NCBI GenBank assembly: GCA_964459495.1
Contig: CAYWNK010000022.1
Span: 14,341 to 39,684, forward strand
Direction: 5' to 3'
DNA length: 25,344 nt
Source of the DNA: an uncultured Planctomycetaceae bacterium
Lineage (GTDB): Bacteria; Planctomycetota; UBA1135; GCA-002686595
Numbering within the stretch: the stretch's first letter is position 1; every line of letters starts with the position of its first letter. Made by a program: the position numbers and the translations under genes. Of the stretch, positions 15,231 through 22,756 are shown piece after piece. Under the pieces are notes generated by a model. The model worked only from the letters and a program-made list of their open reading frames with translations. It ran no database searches and was not told the origin of the DNA.

Positions 15231-16715
15231 TTAGCCGGCGGCTTGAGCGAGGCGCTGCGAACCAGACCGAATGCGGGAAAGGCTGGGTCCACGACCCAGA
15301 AGCGCGATCAGGTCAAAGAGGTCCGGCCCACCTGGCTGGCCGGTCAAGGCCAGCCTCAGGGGTTGGAAGAGTTCGGGGATCTTGGCCCCCTGCTCCTCGA
15401 CCCAGACTTTGGTGGCCGCTCCGAGGTCGGCCGCCGACTCGCCGGCGTCCCGCGCCTCGAGCCAGTCGGCGTAGGAGCTGAGCAGCGCCGGACCCCGCTC
15501 GCGCTTGCGTGCACCTTTTTCCGCCTTGGGATCGAAGGGCACCTCACCGTCCGCCGCCAGCAGGGGGGCGACCCAGGTCGGCACGTCGGCGTAGAGCTCA
15601 CAGCGTTCCTGCACGAGCTCGACCGCGCGCAGGAAGAAGTCCTTGCGCCCCTCGATGGCGGCCGCGTCGGCCACGCCGCTGCTGGCGAAGAACGGCAGCG
15701 CGTGCTCGAGCAGCTCGGCGGGACTTTCGGCCCGCAGGTACTCGCCCCCCAGCCAGCGAAACTTCTTGGGGTCGAAGACCGCGCCCGCCTTCGAGACCGA
15801 CGCCGGGTCGAAGTTCGCGCACAGGGTCTGCATGTCGAAGACCTCCGTCTCACCGTCGAGCGCCCAGCCCTGCAGGGCCAGGAAGTTCAGGATTGCACCC
15901 TGGGGGTAGCCAGCGTCACGGTAGTCCCCCAGCGAGGTGTCGCCGGTGCGCTTGCTGAGCTTCTTGCGGTCGGTGCCCAGCATCAGCGGCAGATGCCCGA
16001 AAGCGGGCGCTTCGAGCCCGAGCGCCGCGTACAGCAGCAGCTGCTTCGGCGTGTTGATCAGATGCTCCTCCCCGCGCAGCACGTGGGTGATTCCCATGGC
16101 GGAGTCGTCGCAGACCACGACGAAGTTGTAGGTCGGCATCCCGCCACCACGGCGCACCAGCACCCAGTCGTCGACCTCGTCGTGGGGAATCCGCACGTCG
16201 CCCCGGATCAGGTCGGTGAAGCGGGTCTCCCCGTCCGGAATCCGCGCGCGCACCGCAAACGGCTCCCCCGCTGCGGCCCGCTCGGCCGAGGCTGCGGAGT
16301 CCAGATCCCGGTCGGCCCCCCGGTAGGCGATGCGCTGCTTGCGGCCCTCCTGCTCGGCCCGCCAAGCATCGAGCTCCTCGGGGCTGGCAAAGTCCCGGTA
16401 GGCGTGGCCGCTGGCCAGGAGCTCGTCCGCCACCCGCCGGTGCCCGTCCACCCGCTCGCTCTGGAGGTAGGGCCCCTTGGGACCGCCGATGTCCGGCCCC
16501 TCGTCCCAGTCGATGCCGAGCCAGCGCAGACCGTCCAGGATTGCTGCGTAGGATTCGGCCGTATTGCGTTCGGTATCGGTGTCCTCTACCCGCAGCAGGA
16601 ACTGACCCCCGTGGCGGCGTGCGTAGGCCCAGTTGAACAGGGCGGTGCGGCACAGACCTAGGTGGACGGTGCCTGTGGGGCTGGGAGCGATGCGGACACG
16701 GACCGGACTCGACAT
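15231..16715 (-). CDS. gltX: Glutamyl-tRNA synthetase
   Basis: RIAPSPTGTVHLG...ALFNWAYARRHGGQFLLRVEDTD class-I HIGH region typical of GltX, and a KMSKS-like LSKR block. Full length 494 aa. Confidence 0.9.
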   Translation of the reverse strand: MSSPVRVRIAPSPTGTVHLGLCRTALFNWAYARRHGGQFLLRVEDTDTERNTAESYAAILDGLRWLGIDWDEGPDIGGPKGPYLQSERVDGHRRVADELLASGHAYRDFASPEELDAWRAEQEGRKQRIAYRGADRDLDSAASAERAAAGEPFAVRARIPDGETRFTDLIRGDVRIPHDEVDDWVLVRRGGGMPTYNFVVVCDDSAMGITHVLRGEEHLINTPKQLLLYAALGLEAPAFGHLPLMLGTDRKKLSKRTGDTSLGDYRDAGYPQGAILNFLALQGWALDGETEVFDMQTLCANFDPASVSKAGAVFDPKKFRWLGGEYLRAESPAELLEHALPFFASSGVADAAAIEGRKDFFLRAVELVQERCELYADVPTWVAPLLAADGEVPFDPKAEKGARKRERGPALLSSYADWLEARDAGESAADLGAATKVWVEEQGAKIPELFQPLRLALTGQPGGPDLFDLIALLGRGPSLSRIRSGSQRLAQAAG

Positions 16716-16783
16716 AAATGGATCACCTATTTGAGCAGTGGGCGAAGAACATACGGGAGCCGCGGGCGTGCCTGGCCTAAATT

Positions 16784-17917
16784 GTGGGCATGAGTAGCGC
16801 CCCCCTCGATCGTGCCTTCGTCGCCCGACTTCCCAAGGTCAGCCTGCACGACCATCTGGACGGGGGCCTACGGCCCGCGACCGTCCTCGAGCTCGCCGAA
16901 AAAACGGGCTACGGCGGCCTGCCGGAAACCGATCCCGAGGCGCTGGGAGACTGGTTTTTCCGGGGCGCCGCCCGCGGCAGCCTGGGGGAGTACCTCGAGG
17001 GCTTCGAACACACCATCGCCGTGATGCAGACAGCGGAGGCCCTGGAGCGGACGGCCTACGAGTACGTCGAGGATCTGGCCATGGACGGGGTCGTCTACGG
17101 CGAGGTGCGCTTCGCCCCCCACTTCCACACCGCCAGCGGCCTGGGCCTGGACGCGGTCCTCGAGGCGGTGCTGTCTGGCCTCGCCCGGGGCACCGAGGCC
17201 TTTGGGGTCGAGATGGGCCTGATCATCTGCGCGCTACGCAATCAGGACGCCGAGCTTTCCCTGCGCCTGGCCGAGCTTTCGGTCAGCTGGTTCGACCGTG
17301 GCGTCGTCGGCTTCGACCTCGCCGGAGAGGAGGCCGGGCACCCGCCCAAGGATCACCTGCAGGCCTTCCAGCTCATCCAGCGCCGCAACGGCTCGATCAC
17401 CATCCACGCAGGCGAGGGTTTTGGGCCCGAGAGCATCTGGCAGGCCCTGCAGTACTGCGGCGCCCACCGCATCGGCCACGGCACGCGGCTCATCGAAGAC
17501 ATCGCCCTCTACGACGACAAGGTGATCTCCCAGGGCGAGCTGGCCTCCTACGTGCTCGACCACCGCATCCCGATCGAGGTCTGCCTGGCGTCCAACGTCC
17601 ACACCGGCGCCACACCCTCGCTGGCCGAGCATCCCTTCCCAATCTTCCTGCGGGAGGGCTACCGCGTGACGCTCAACACCGACAACCGGTTGATGAGCCG
17701 CACGACGATGACCGACGAGTTCCTGCTCGCCCAGTCCGAGTACGGCTGCGGCATCCGCGAGTTCGAGCGCGTGACCGTCAACGCGATGAACGCCGCCTTC
17801 TGGCCCTACCGCAAGCGCCAGCAGATCCTGTCCGAGCGCATCGAGCCCGGCTACCAGGCCCTGCGCAAGGAGATTGGCGCCCCCCCGAGCCCCCGCGGCT
17901 TCCTGGAGGACTTCTAG
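16784..17917 (+). CDS. add: Adenosine deaminase
   Basis: LPKVSLHDHLDGGLRP...ELA (the metal-binding HxHxDG region) and other conserved blocks colinear with Add. GTG at 16784 or ATG at 16790 as start. Confidence 0.85.
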   Translation: MGMSSAPLDRAFVARLPKVSLHDHLDGGLRPATVLELAEKTGYGGLPETDPEALGDWFFRGAARGSLGEYLEGFEHTIAVMQTAEALERTAYEYVEDLAMDGVVYGEVRFAPHFHTASGLGLDAVLEAVLSGLARGTEAFGVEMGLIICALRNQDAELSLRLAELSVSWFDRGVVGFDLAGEEAGHPPKDHLQAFQLIQRRNGSITIHAGEGFGPESIWQALQYCGAHRIGHGTRLIEDIALYDDKVISQGELASYVLDHRIPIEVCLASNVHTGATPSLAEHPFPIFLREGYRVTLNTDNRLMSRTTMTDEFLLAQSEYGCGIREFERVTVNAMNAAFWPYRKRQQILSERIEPGYQALRKEIGAPPSPRGFLEDF

Positions 17918-18001
17918 AACTCCTCGCCAGGACCGCGCGGGTCTGGTGACGAGTCCGGGCTCCTACGAGCACCGCCGAGTCAATGTCGGCGGTTCCCCGT
18001 T

Positions 18002-18598
18002 TCACTGGCGAGCGGCTTTCAGCAACTTCAAGAACCCCTTCCCCTTGAACTTGCCCGGGCGTGGGGTCAGGTCGACCCCGTGCATGAACAGGCTCGCTTG
18101 GATCTTGCTGCTGGTCTGCTCTCGGCGTTTCTTCAGGGCCTTGAGGTCAGGGGGCAGGATCCGCTCGCCCTCAGTTTCGATCGGCGGTACACGCACCACC
18201 CCAAGGACTCTCTCTCCGCCCTCGTGGCGAGCAAGTAGCTGGGCGGGCTTTTGGGCGTCGACCCGATCGGTCTTGACCTTGCTGCTCCGTCGGTCCACCT
18301 CGATGCTGGCGGGGTCGATGCCCTGGGCCTGCAGGAACCGATGGATCCAGAGGCCGTCTCGTCCCGCCTCCTAGCAGGTCTTCACCCCGGCGTCCTTGGG
18401 AAGGTCGAAGCGCCTTGGCGCCTTGGACCTCGGCCAGAAACCCGTCCAGCTCTCGAGCCTGGACGTCACGAACTCTAGGCTTGCTCACGCGGTCGAGGCT
18501 GATGCCAAGCTTCCAGGTGTCCTTGGCTTGGCTCGAGGCCGACGAAGAGGACGGGGCTTGCGTGGGACTGATCGTTGGTTGTCTGGGCCATGCGCGTT
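18002..18598 (-). pseudogene. Degraded IS110-family transposase (N-terminal DEDD domain only; frameshifts and an in-frame TAG)
   Basis: Minus-strand fragments in two frames: AKDTWKLGISLDRVSK... and ...WIHRFLQAQGIDPASIEVDRRSSKVKTDRVDAQKPAQLLA, with the characteristic (K/R)TD(R/K)(I/V)DA block. A TAG at ~18362-18364 interrupts the frame. The C-terminal Transposase_20 domain is absent, truncated against the add stop. Confidence 0.55.
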
Positions 18599-18761
18599 CT
18601 TCGATGCGCACCAGTCGCCCTGTCGCCTGATAGCTAGGGGCGCTGGCAGGTCCAGGCAGCCCCTCTTCCCCTTCGGTCAAGCACCGCTGCGCTCAGGGCT
18701 GCCTCTTCGGACGCTCTCGCCTTCGGCCGGTGTCCTGGAAAGGCCTGGCCCATAGCATCTC

Positions 18762-18920
18762 GTGTCATGGGTCAGAAAGAGCTGTGCACCATGCGGGTCG
18801 CAGAGAATCGAGGGCACGGGGCGGGGAAGACGCGGATTCGTGGATACTCGGAGGAGCCGCAACGCAGCAACCGGATCACTGCGGCTCGAAGGGTGCATAG
18901 CTATCTCTGACCCATGACAC
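18762..18920. repeat. 159-bp element bounded by 29-bp imperfect inverted repeats (GTGTCATGGGTCAGAAAGAGCTGTGCACC ... GGTGCATAGCTATCTCTGACCCATGACAC; outer 15 bp perfect); MITE-like or long-stem structured RNA
   Basis: Reverse complement of 18892-18920 matches 18762-18790 at 26/29 positions. Lies between the IS110 remnant and the esterase start (18939). Confidence 0.5.
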
Positions 18921-18938
18921 TAGCGGTCTGAGGGAGGG

Positions 18939-19991
18939 GTGCGGATACTGGGCGGCCCCATGAGCGTCCCCCTGCATGACCCCCTGGCCTTCGCGGGCCG
19001 CGTCGAACGTCGCACCGTCACCAGCCGCGCGCTAGAGGGCAACCCGCTCGGCGACCCGCACGTGCGCGACCTGCCCGTGTACGTGCCCCCGGGCGAGCAC
19101 GGACCACTGCCTGTCGTCTTCCTGCTGGCCGGCTTCACCGGGCGCGGTGCATCCATGCTGGAGACGCATCCCTGGCGACTGGGGTCGATCGCCAAGTACG
19201 ACGCGCTCGTCGCCAAGGGTGAGGCCCCCCCCGTGCTGCTGGCCATGCCCGACGCCTTCACCGCGATCGGGGGCAGCCAGTACGTGAACTCCAGCGCCGT
19301 CGGTCACTACGAGGACTACGTCGCTGACGAGCTCGTGCCCTTCGTCGACGAACACTACGACACGCTGCCCGGCGCGCGCGGGGTCTGCGGCAAGAGCTCG
19401 GGCGGCTTCGGCGCCCTGCACCTTGCGATGCGCCGCGCCGGCCTCTTCCAGGCCGTCGCCTCCATCGCGGGCGACAGCCACTTCGAGTTTGGCTACGCGT
19501 CCGACTTTCTCGCCGCCGCGCGCGGCCTGGAGGCCAGCGGCAAGACACCCGCCGAGTATCTGGCCGCGTTCCTGCAAAAGCCTGATCTGTCGGGGGACGG
19601 ACACTCGGTGATCAACCTGCTGGCGATGGCCGCCTGCTACTCCCCCAACCCGGACACCGAGTTGGGCTTCGACCTGCCCATCGACCTGCGCACGGGCGAG
19701 CGCATCCCCGCGGTCTGGTCCCGCTGGCTGGGCTTCGACCCCGTGGTGATCGCTGACGTGTACGGCGACGCCCTGCGCAAGGTCCGCTGGCTGCACCTTT
19801 CCGCGGGCAAGCGCGACGAGTTCCACCTGCAGTTCTCATGCCGCATCCTGGCACGGCGCCTGGCCGAACTGGGCATCCCCGCCATCCACGAAGAATTCGA
19901 CGGGGGCCACTTCGGCTTGGACGCGCGCTATTTGGAGGTTCTCCCCCCCATGGTGCGCGCCCTGACAGGACTGTCAGGAGATTCTGAATAA
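18939..19991 (+). CDS. Alpha/beta-hydrolase of the putative-esterase (esterase D / enterochelin-esterase-like) family
   Basis: GTG 18939 (or ATG 18960) start. PVVFLLAGFTG...GxSxG nucleophile GKSSGGFGAL. Acid/His region near the C-terminus (FDGGHF). Confidence 0.7.
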   Translation: MRILGGPMSVPLHDPLAFAGRVERRTVTSRALEGNPLGDPHVRDLPVYVPPGEHGPLPVVFLLAGFTGRGASMLETHPWRLGSIAKYDALVAKGEAPPVLLAMPDAFTAIGGSQYVNSSAVGHYEDYVADELVPFVDEHYDTLPGARGVCGKSSGGFGALHLAMRRAGLFQAVASIAGDSHFEFGYASDFLAAARGLEASGKTPAEYLAAFLQKPDLSGDGHSVINLLAMAACYSPNPDTELGFDLPIDLRTGERIPAVWSRWLGFDPVVIADVYGDALRKVRWLHLSAGKRDEFHLQFSCRILARRLAELGIPAIHEEFDGGHFGLDARYLEVLPPMVRALTGLSGDSE

Positions 19992-20066
19992 GGGGCCCCG
20001 GGCAGAGTATTGTGGTGCGCCTCCGCACCCCGCGCCTGGACACCCAGCGCCCAACGAGGACACGCC

Positions 20067-20642
20067 TTGCCTGATTTCCTGCCCAAACTGTTCGGCGACG
20101 ACATGTCGATCAAGACCATCTATCTGGTCTGTTCGGCCGTCGGCGGCGCCGTTTTGTCGGTTCAACTCCTCTTGCTCGTCCTCGGCGGCGACACCGACGG
20201 GGACTTCGACGGTGACCTGGACCATACCGACGGCTTCGGGATCCTCTCGGTCCGCGCCATCGCGAGCTTTTTGACCTTCTTCGGCCTGACCGGCATGTGG
20301 GGCCTGGCCAAGGGCTGGGGAGCAGGCCTTTCGACGGTCCTAGGACTCGGTGCGGGCACCAGCATGATGCTGCTCGTCGCCTGGATCATCTCCCTCCAAA
20401 GCAAGCTCACCGAAGAGGGCAACCTCGACCCTGAAAACGCCTTGGGCAAGACCGCCAACGTCTACCTACGCATCCCCGCCCAAGGCGAGGGCCGCGGCAA
20501 GATCACCGTTTCCGTCCAGGGCCGCACCCACGAGTTCCAAGCGGTGAGTCGCGGCCCCGAGCACCCGACGGGTTCCCAGGTCCGCGTGAGCCGGCGCGTG
20601 ACCGCCAACACCTTCGAAGTCGAAGAACTCTCCGCTGAATGA
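20067..20642 (+). CDS. NfeD-like membrane protein (YuaF/short NfeD; two TM helices plus C-terminal OB-fold)
   Basis: TTG 20067 preceded by GAGGA at 6-nt spacing (alternative ATG 20103 has no SD). Hydrophobic helices, then GKTANVYLRIPAQGEGRGKITVSVQGRTHEFQAVS OB-fold block, like B. subtilis YuaF. Stop overlaps the flotillin start (ATGA). Confidence 0.7.
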   Translation: MPDFLPKLFGDDMSIKTIYLVCSAVGGAVLSVQLLLLVLGGDTDGDFDGDLDHTDGFGILSVRAIASFLTFFGLTGMWGLAKGWGAGLSTVLGLGAGTSMMLLVAWIISLQSKLTEEGNLDPENALGKTANVYLRIPAQGEGRGKITVSVQGRTHEFQAVSRGPEHPTGSQVRVSRRVTANTFEVEELSAE

Positions 20643-22330
20643 ATCCTGCCATGCACAACACCAACCTCGCCCTACTGGCCCCACTGGAACTCGGTGGGAC
20701 CCCCTCTGCGGACACCATCGTCGCGCTCATCGCCATCGCAGCGATCCTGCTGCTCGCTGGCTTCATCCTCTTGCTCGCCAAGCGCTACAAGCGCTGCCCC
20801 TCGGACAAGATCCTCGTCGTCTACGGCAAGACCGGTTCGGGTCAGTCGGCGAAATCGATCCACGGCGGCGCGAAGTTTGTCTTCCCGCTGATCCAGGACT
20901 ACTCGTACCTGTCTCTGGAGCCGATGCAGATCGAGATCCCGCTGGAAGGCGCGCTCTCCCTCGAGAACATCCGTGTCGCTGTACCCAGTGTGTTCACAGT
21001 GGCGATCGGCACCGAAGAAGAGGTGATGAACAACGCGGCGATCCGCCTGCTCTCCCTCACCCGCGCCCAGATCATGAAGCAGGCTGAGGACATCATCTTC
21101 GGTCAGCTCCGCCAGGTCATCGCGTCGATGAAGATCGACGAGATCAACCGGGACCGCGATGTGTTCCTGTCGCGTATCCAAAGCAGCCTTGAGCCCGAAC
21201 TCGCGAAGATCGGTCAGGTGCTGATCAACGTGAACATCAAGGACATCACCGACGAGTCCGGCTACATCGAAGCCATCGGCCGCAAGGCCGCCTCCGAAGC
21301 GATCAATCAGGCGGAGATCGACGTGGCCCACCAGGAACGCCTGGGCGCGATCGGTGTTTCGGAGGCCGACAAGGAGAAGTCGATTCAGGTCGCCGAGCGG
21401 GAGAAAACCCGGGACTTGGGTACGAAATCCGCCGAACGCGAGCGCGCCGTCGGTATCGCCGACCTCGAAAAGGAACGCGTCATCGGTGAGAAGCGGGCAG
21501 CATTCGTCCAGGAGGCCCAGGTGCGCGATGCCGAGCGCGAAATGCGCGTCCAAGTCGCCAGCGCGAACGCCTCCGCGGTCGAGGGTGAGAACACCGCCAA
21601 GGCCGCGATCGCCGCCACCAACGCCGACCTCCAGGTGCAGGAGGCCAACGCCTTCGAACGAGGTGAGATCCGGCGCCGGGAGGCCGAGGCCGCCGTGCTC
21701 GAAGCCCAGTACGTCGCCCAGGCCCGCGCCGCCGAGGCGATGGGCAAGAAGGTCGAAGCCGAAAAGCGCGCCGAGCTGGAGTCCGCCGCCAAGGCCGCCA
21801 AGGCCCAGACCATCGTCGACGCCGAAGCCCAGGCCCAGCGCAAGCGCATCCTCGCCGAAGGTGAGGCCGCCGCGACCTTCGCTCGCCTCGACGCCGAGGC
21901 CCGCGGCCAGTACGAGATTCTGGCCAAGAAGGGTCAAGGCCTCGAGCAGATCGTGCGCTCGTGTGGTGGCTCGGACGCTGCCTTCCGCATGTTGATGCTC
22001 GAGCACATCGACCACATCGCCGAAACCGCAGCCAGCGCGATCTCGAACATCCAGTTCGACAAGATCGTCGTCTGGGACGGAGCCGGCGGCGGCGGGGACG
22101 GCGAGGGTGGCGGCACGAGCCGCTTCCTGCGCAACCTCGCCTCGTCCCTGCCCCCGGCCCTCACGATGATGAAGGAGATCGGCGGCGTCGAGATGCCCGA
22201 GTTCTTCGGCCGCATCCTCGAGGACGCAGGCCGCGAGAAGCCCATGGAGCCGCTGCCCGATGCCGACGCCACGGCAGCAGAGTCCGGCAAAGCAGGCGGC
22301 CAGAAGCCCGCCGACAAGAAGGGTGACTAG
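20639..22330 (+). CDS. floT: Flotillin (SPFH/Band-7 family, FloT/YuaG-like) with Ala/Glu-rich coiled-coil and Gly-rich tail
   Basis: N-terminal TM, SPFH domain (KRYKRCPSDKILVVYGKTG...), long EA-repeat coiled coil. Canonical nfeD-floT gene pair. Confidence 0.85.
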   Translation: MNPAMHNTNLALLAPLELGGTPSADTIVALIAIAAILLLAGFILLLAKRYKRCPSDKILVVYGKTGSGQSAKSIHGGAKFVFPLIQDYSYLSLEPMQIEIPLEGALSLENIRVAVPSVFTVAIGTEEEVMNNAAIRLLSLTRAQIMKQAEDIIFGQLRQVIASMKIDEINRDRDVFLSRIQSSLEPELAKIGQVLINVNIKDITDESGYIEAIGRKAASEAINQAEIDVAHQERLGAIGVSEADKEKSIQVAEREKTRDLGTKSAERERAVGIADLEKERVIGEKRAAFVQEAQVRDAEREMRVQVASANASAVEGENTAKAAIAATNADLQVQEANAFERGEIRRREAEAAVLEAQYVAQARAAEAMGKKVEAEKRAELESAAKAAKAQTIVDAEAQAQRKRILAEGEAAATFARLDAEARGQYEILAKKGQGLEQIVRSCGGSDAAFRMLMLEHIDHIAETAASAISNIQFDKIVVWDGAGGGGDGEGGGTSRFLRNLASSLPPALTMMKEIGGVEMPEFFGRILEDAGREKPMEPLPDADATAAESGKAGGQKPADKKGD

Positions 22331-22378
22331 CAGCCTGGGCCTAGGGGGACTCCAAGCCAAGCTTGGGGTGCCCCGGGC

Positions 22379-22744
22379 CTAGCCTTTCCACTCGCTTCCG
22401 CCGCTGACGCGCACCACGGTGTGGATGCCGCCTCGCACATAGAAGTCGCCCTCGACGTGCATCTCCCGCGGGCTACACGCGGCCAGTAGATCGTCGAGGA
22501 TCTGGTTGGTGACCGCCTCGTGGAACGCCCCCTTGTCGCGGTAGCTCCAGAGGTAGAGCTTCAGGGACTTCAGCTCCACGCAGAGCTTGGCCGGCGTATA
22601 GCGAATACGGATGGTGGCGAAGTCCGGCTGCCCAGTCTTGGGGCAGACGCAGGTGAACTCCGGGCATTCGAACGCGATCTCATAGGCACGCTCCGGCCGG
22701 GGGTTGGGAAAGGTCTCGAGGTCCGTGGAGGGCTGGGTCGACAT
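22379..22744 (-). CDS. queF: NADPH-dependent 7-cyano-7-deazaguanine (preQ0) reductase, unimodular type
   Basis: [26 protein letters not shown]...[20 protein letters not shown] is the QueF signature, including catalytic Cys and the QueF motif E(S/L)K(S/A)hK(L/Y)(Y/F/W). Confidence 0.9.
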   Translation of the reverse strand: MSTQPSTDLETFPNPRPERAYEIAFECPEFTCVCPKTGQPDFATIRIRYTPAKLCVELKSLKLYLWSYRDKGAFHEAVTNQILDDLLAACSPREMHVEGDFYVRGGIHTVVRVSGGSEWKG

Positions 22745-22756
22745 GGGCCGAGCAAG

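Noticed and set aside
15243-16661. 472-aa plus-strand ORF
   Set aside because: Shadow ORF antisense to gltX. No recognisable motifs.
20672-22360. 562-aa minus-strand ORF
   Set aside because: Shadow of the flotillin gene (its Ala/Glu repeats give Leu/Gly/Ala-rich antisense).
22331-22378. Short palindromes (CCAAGCTTGG) and the direct repeat GGGCCTAG between the convergent floT and queF genes
   Set aside because: Likely a small bidirectional terminator region. Too short and degenerate to call as a feature.
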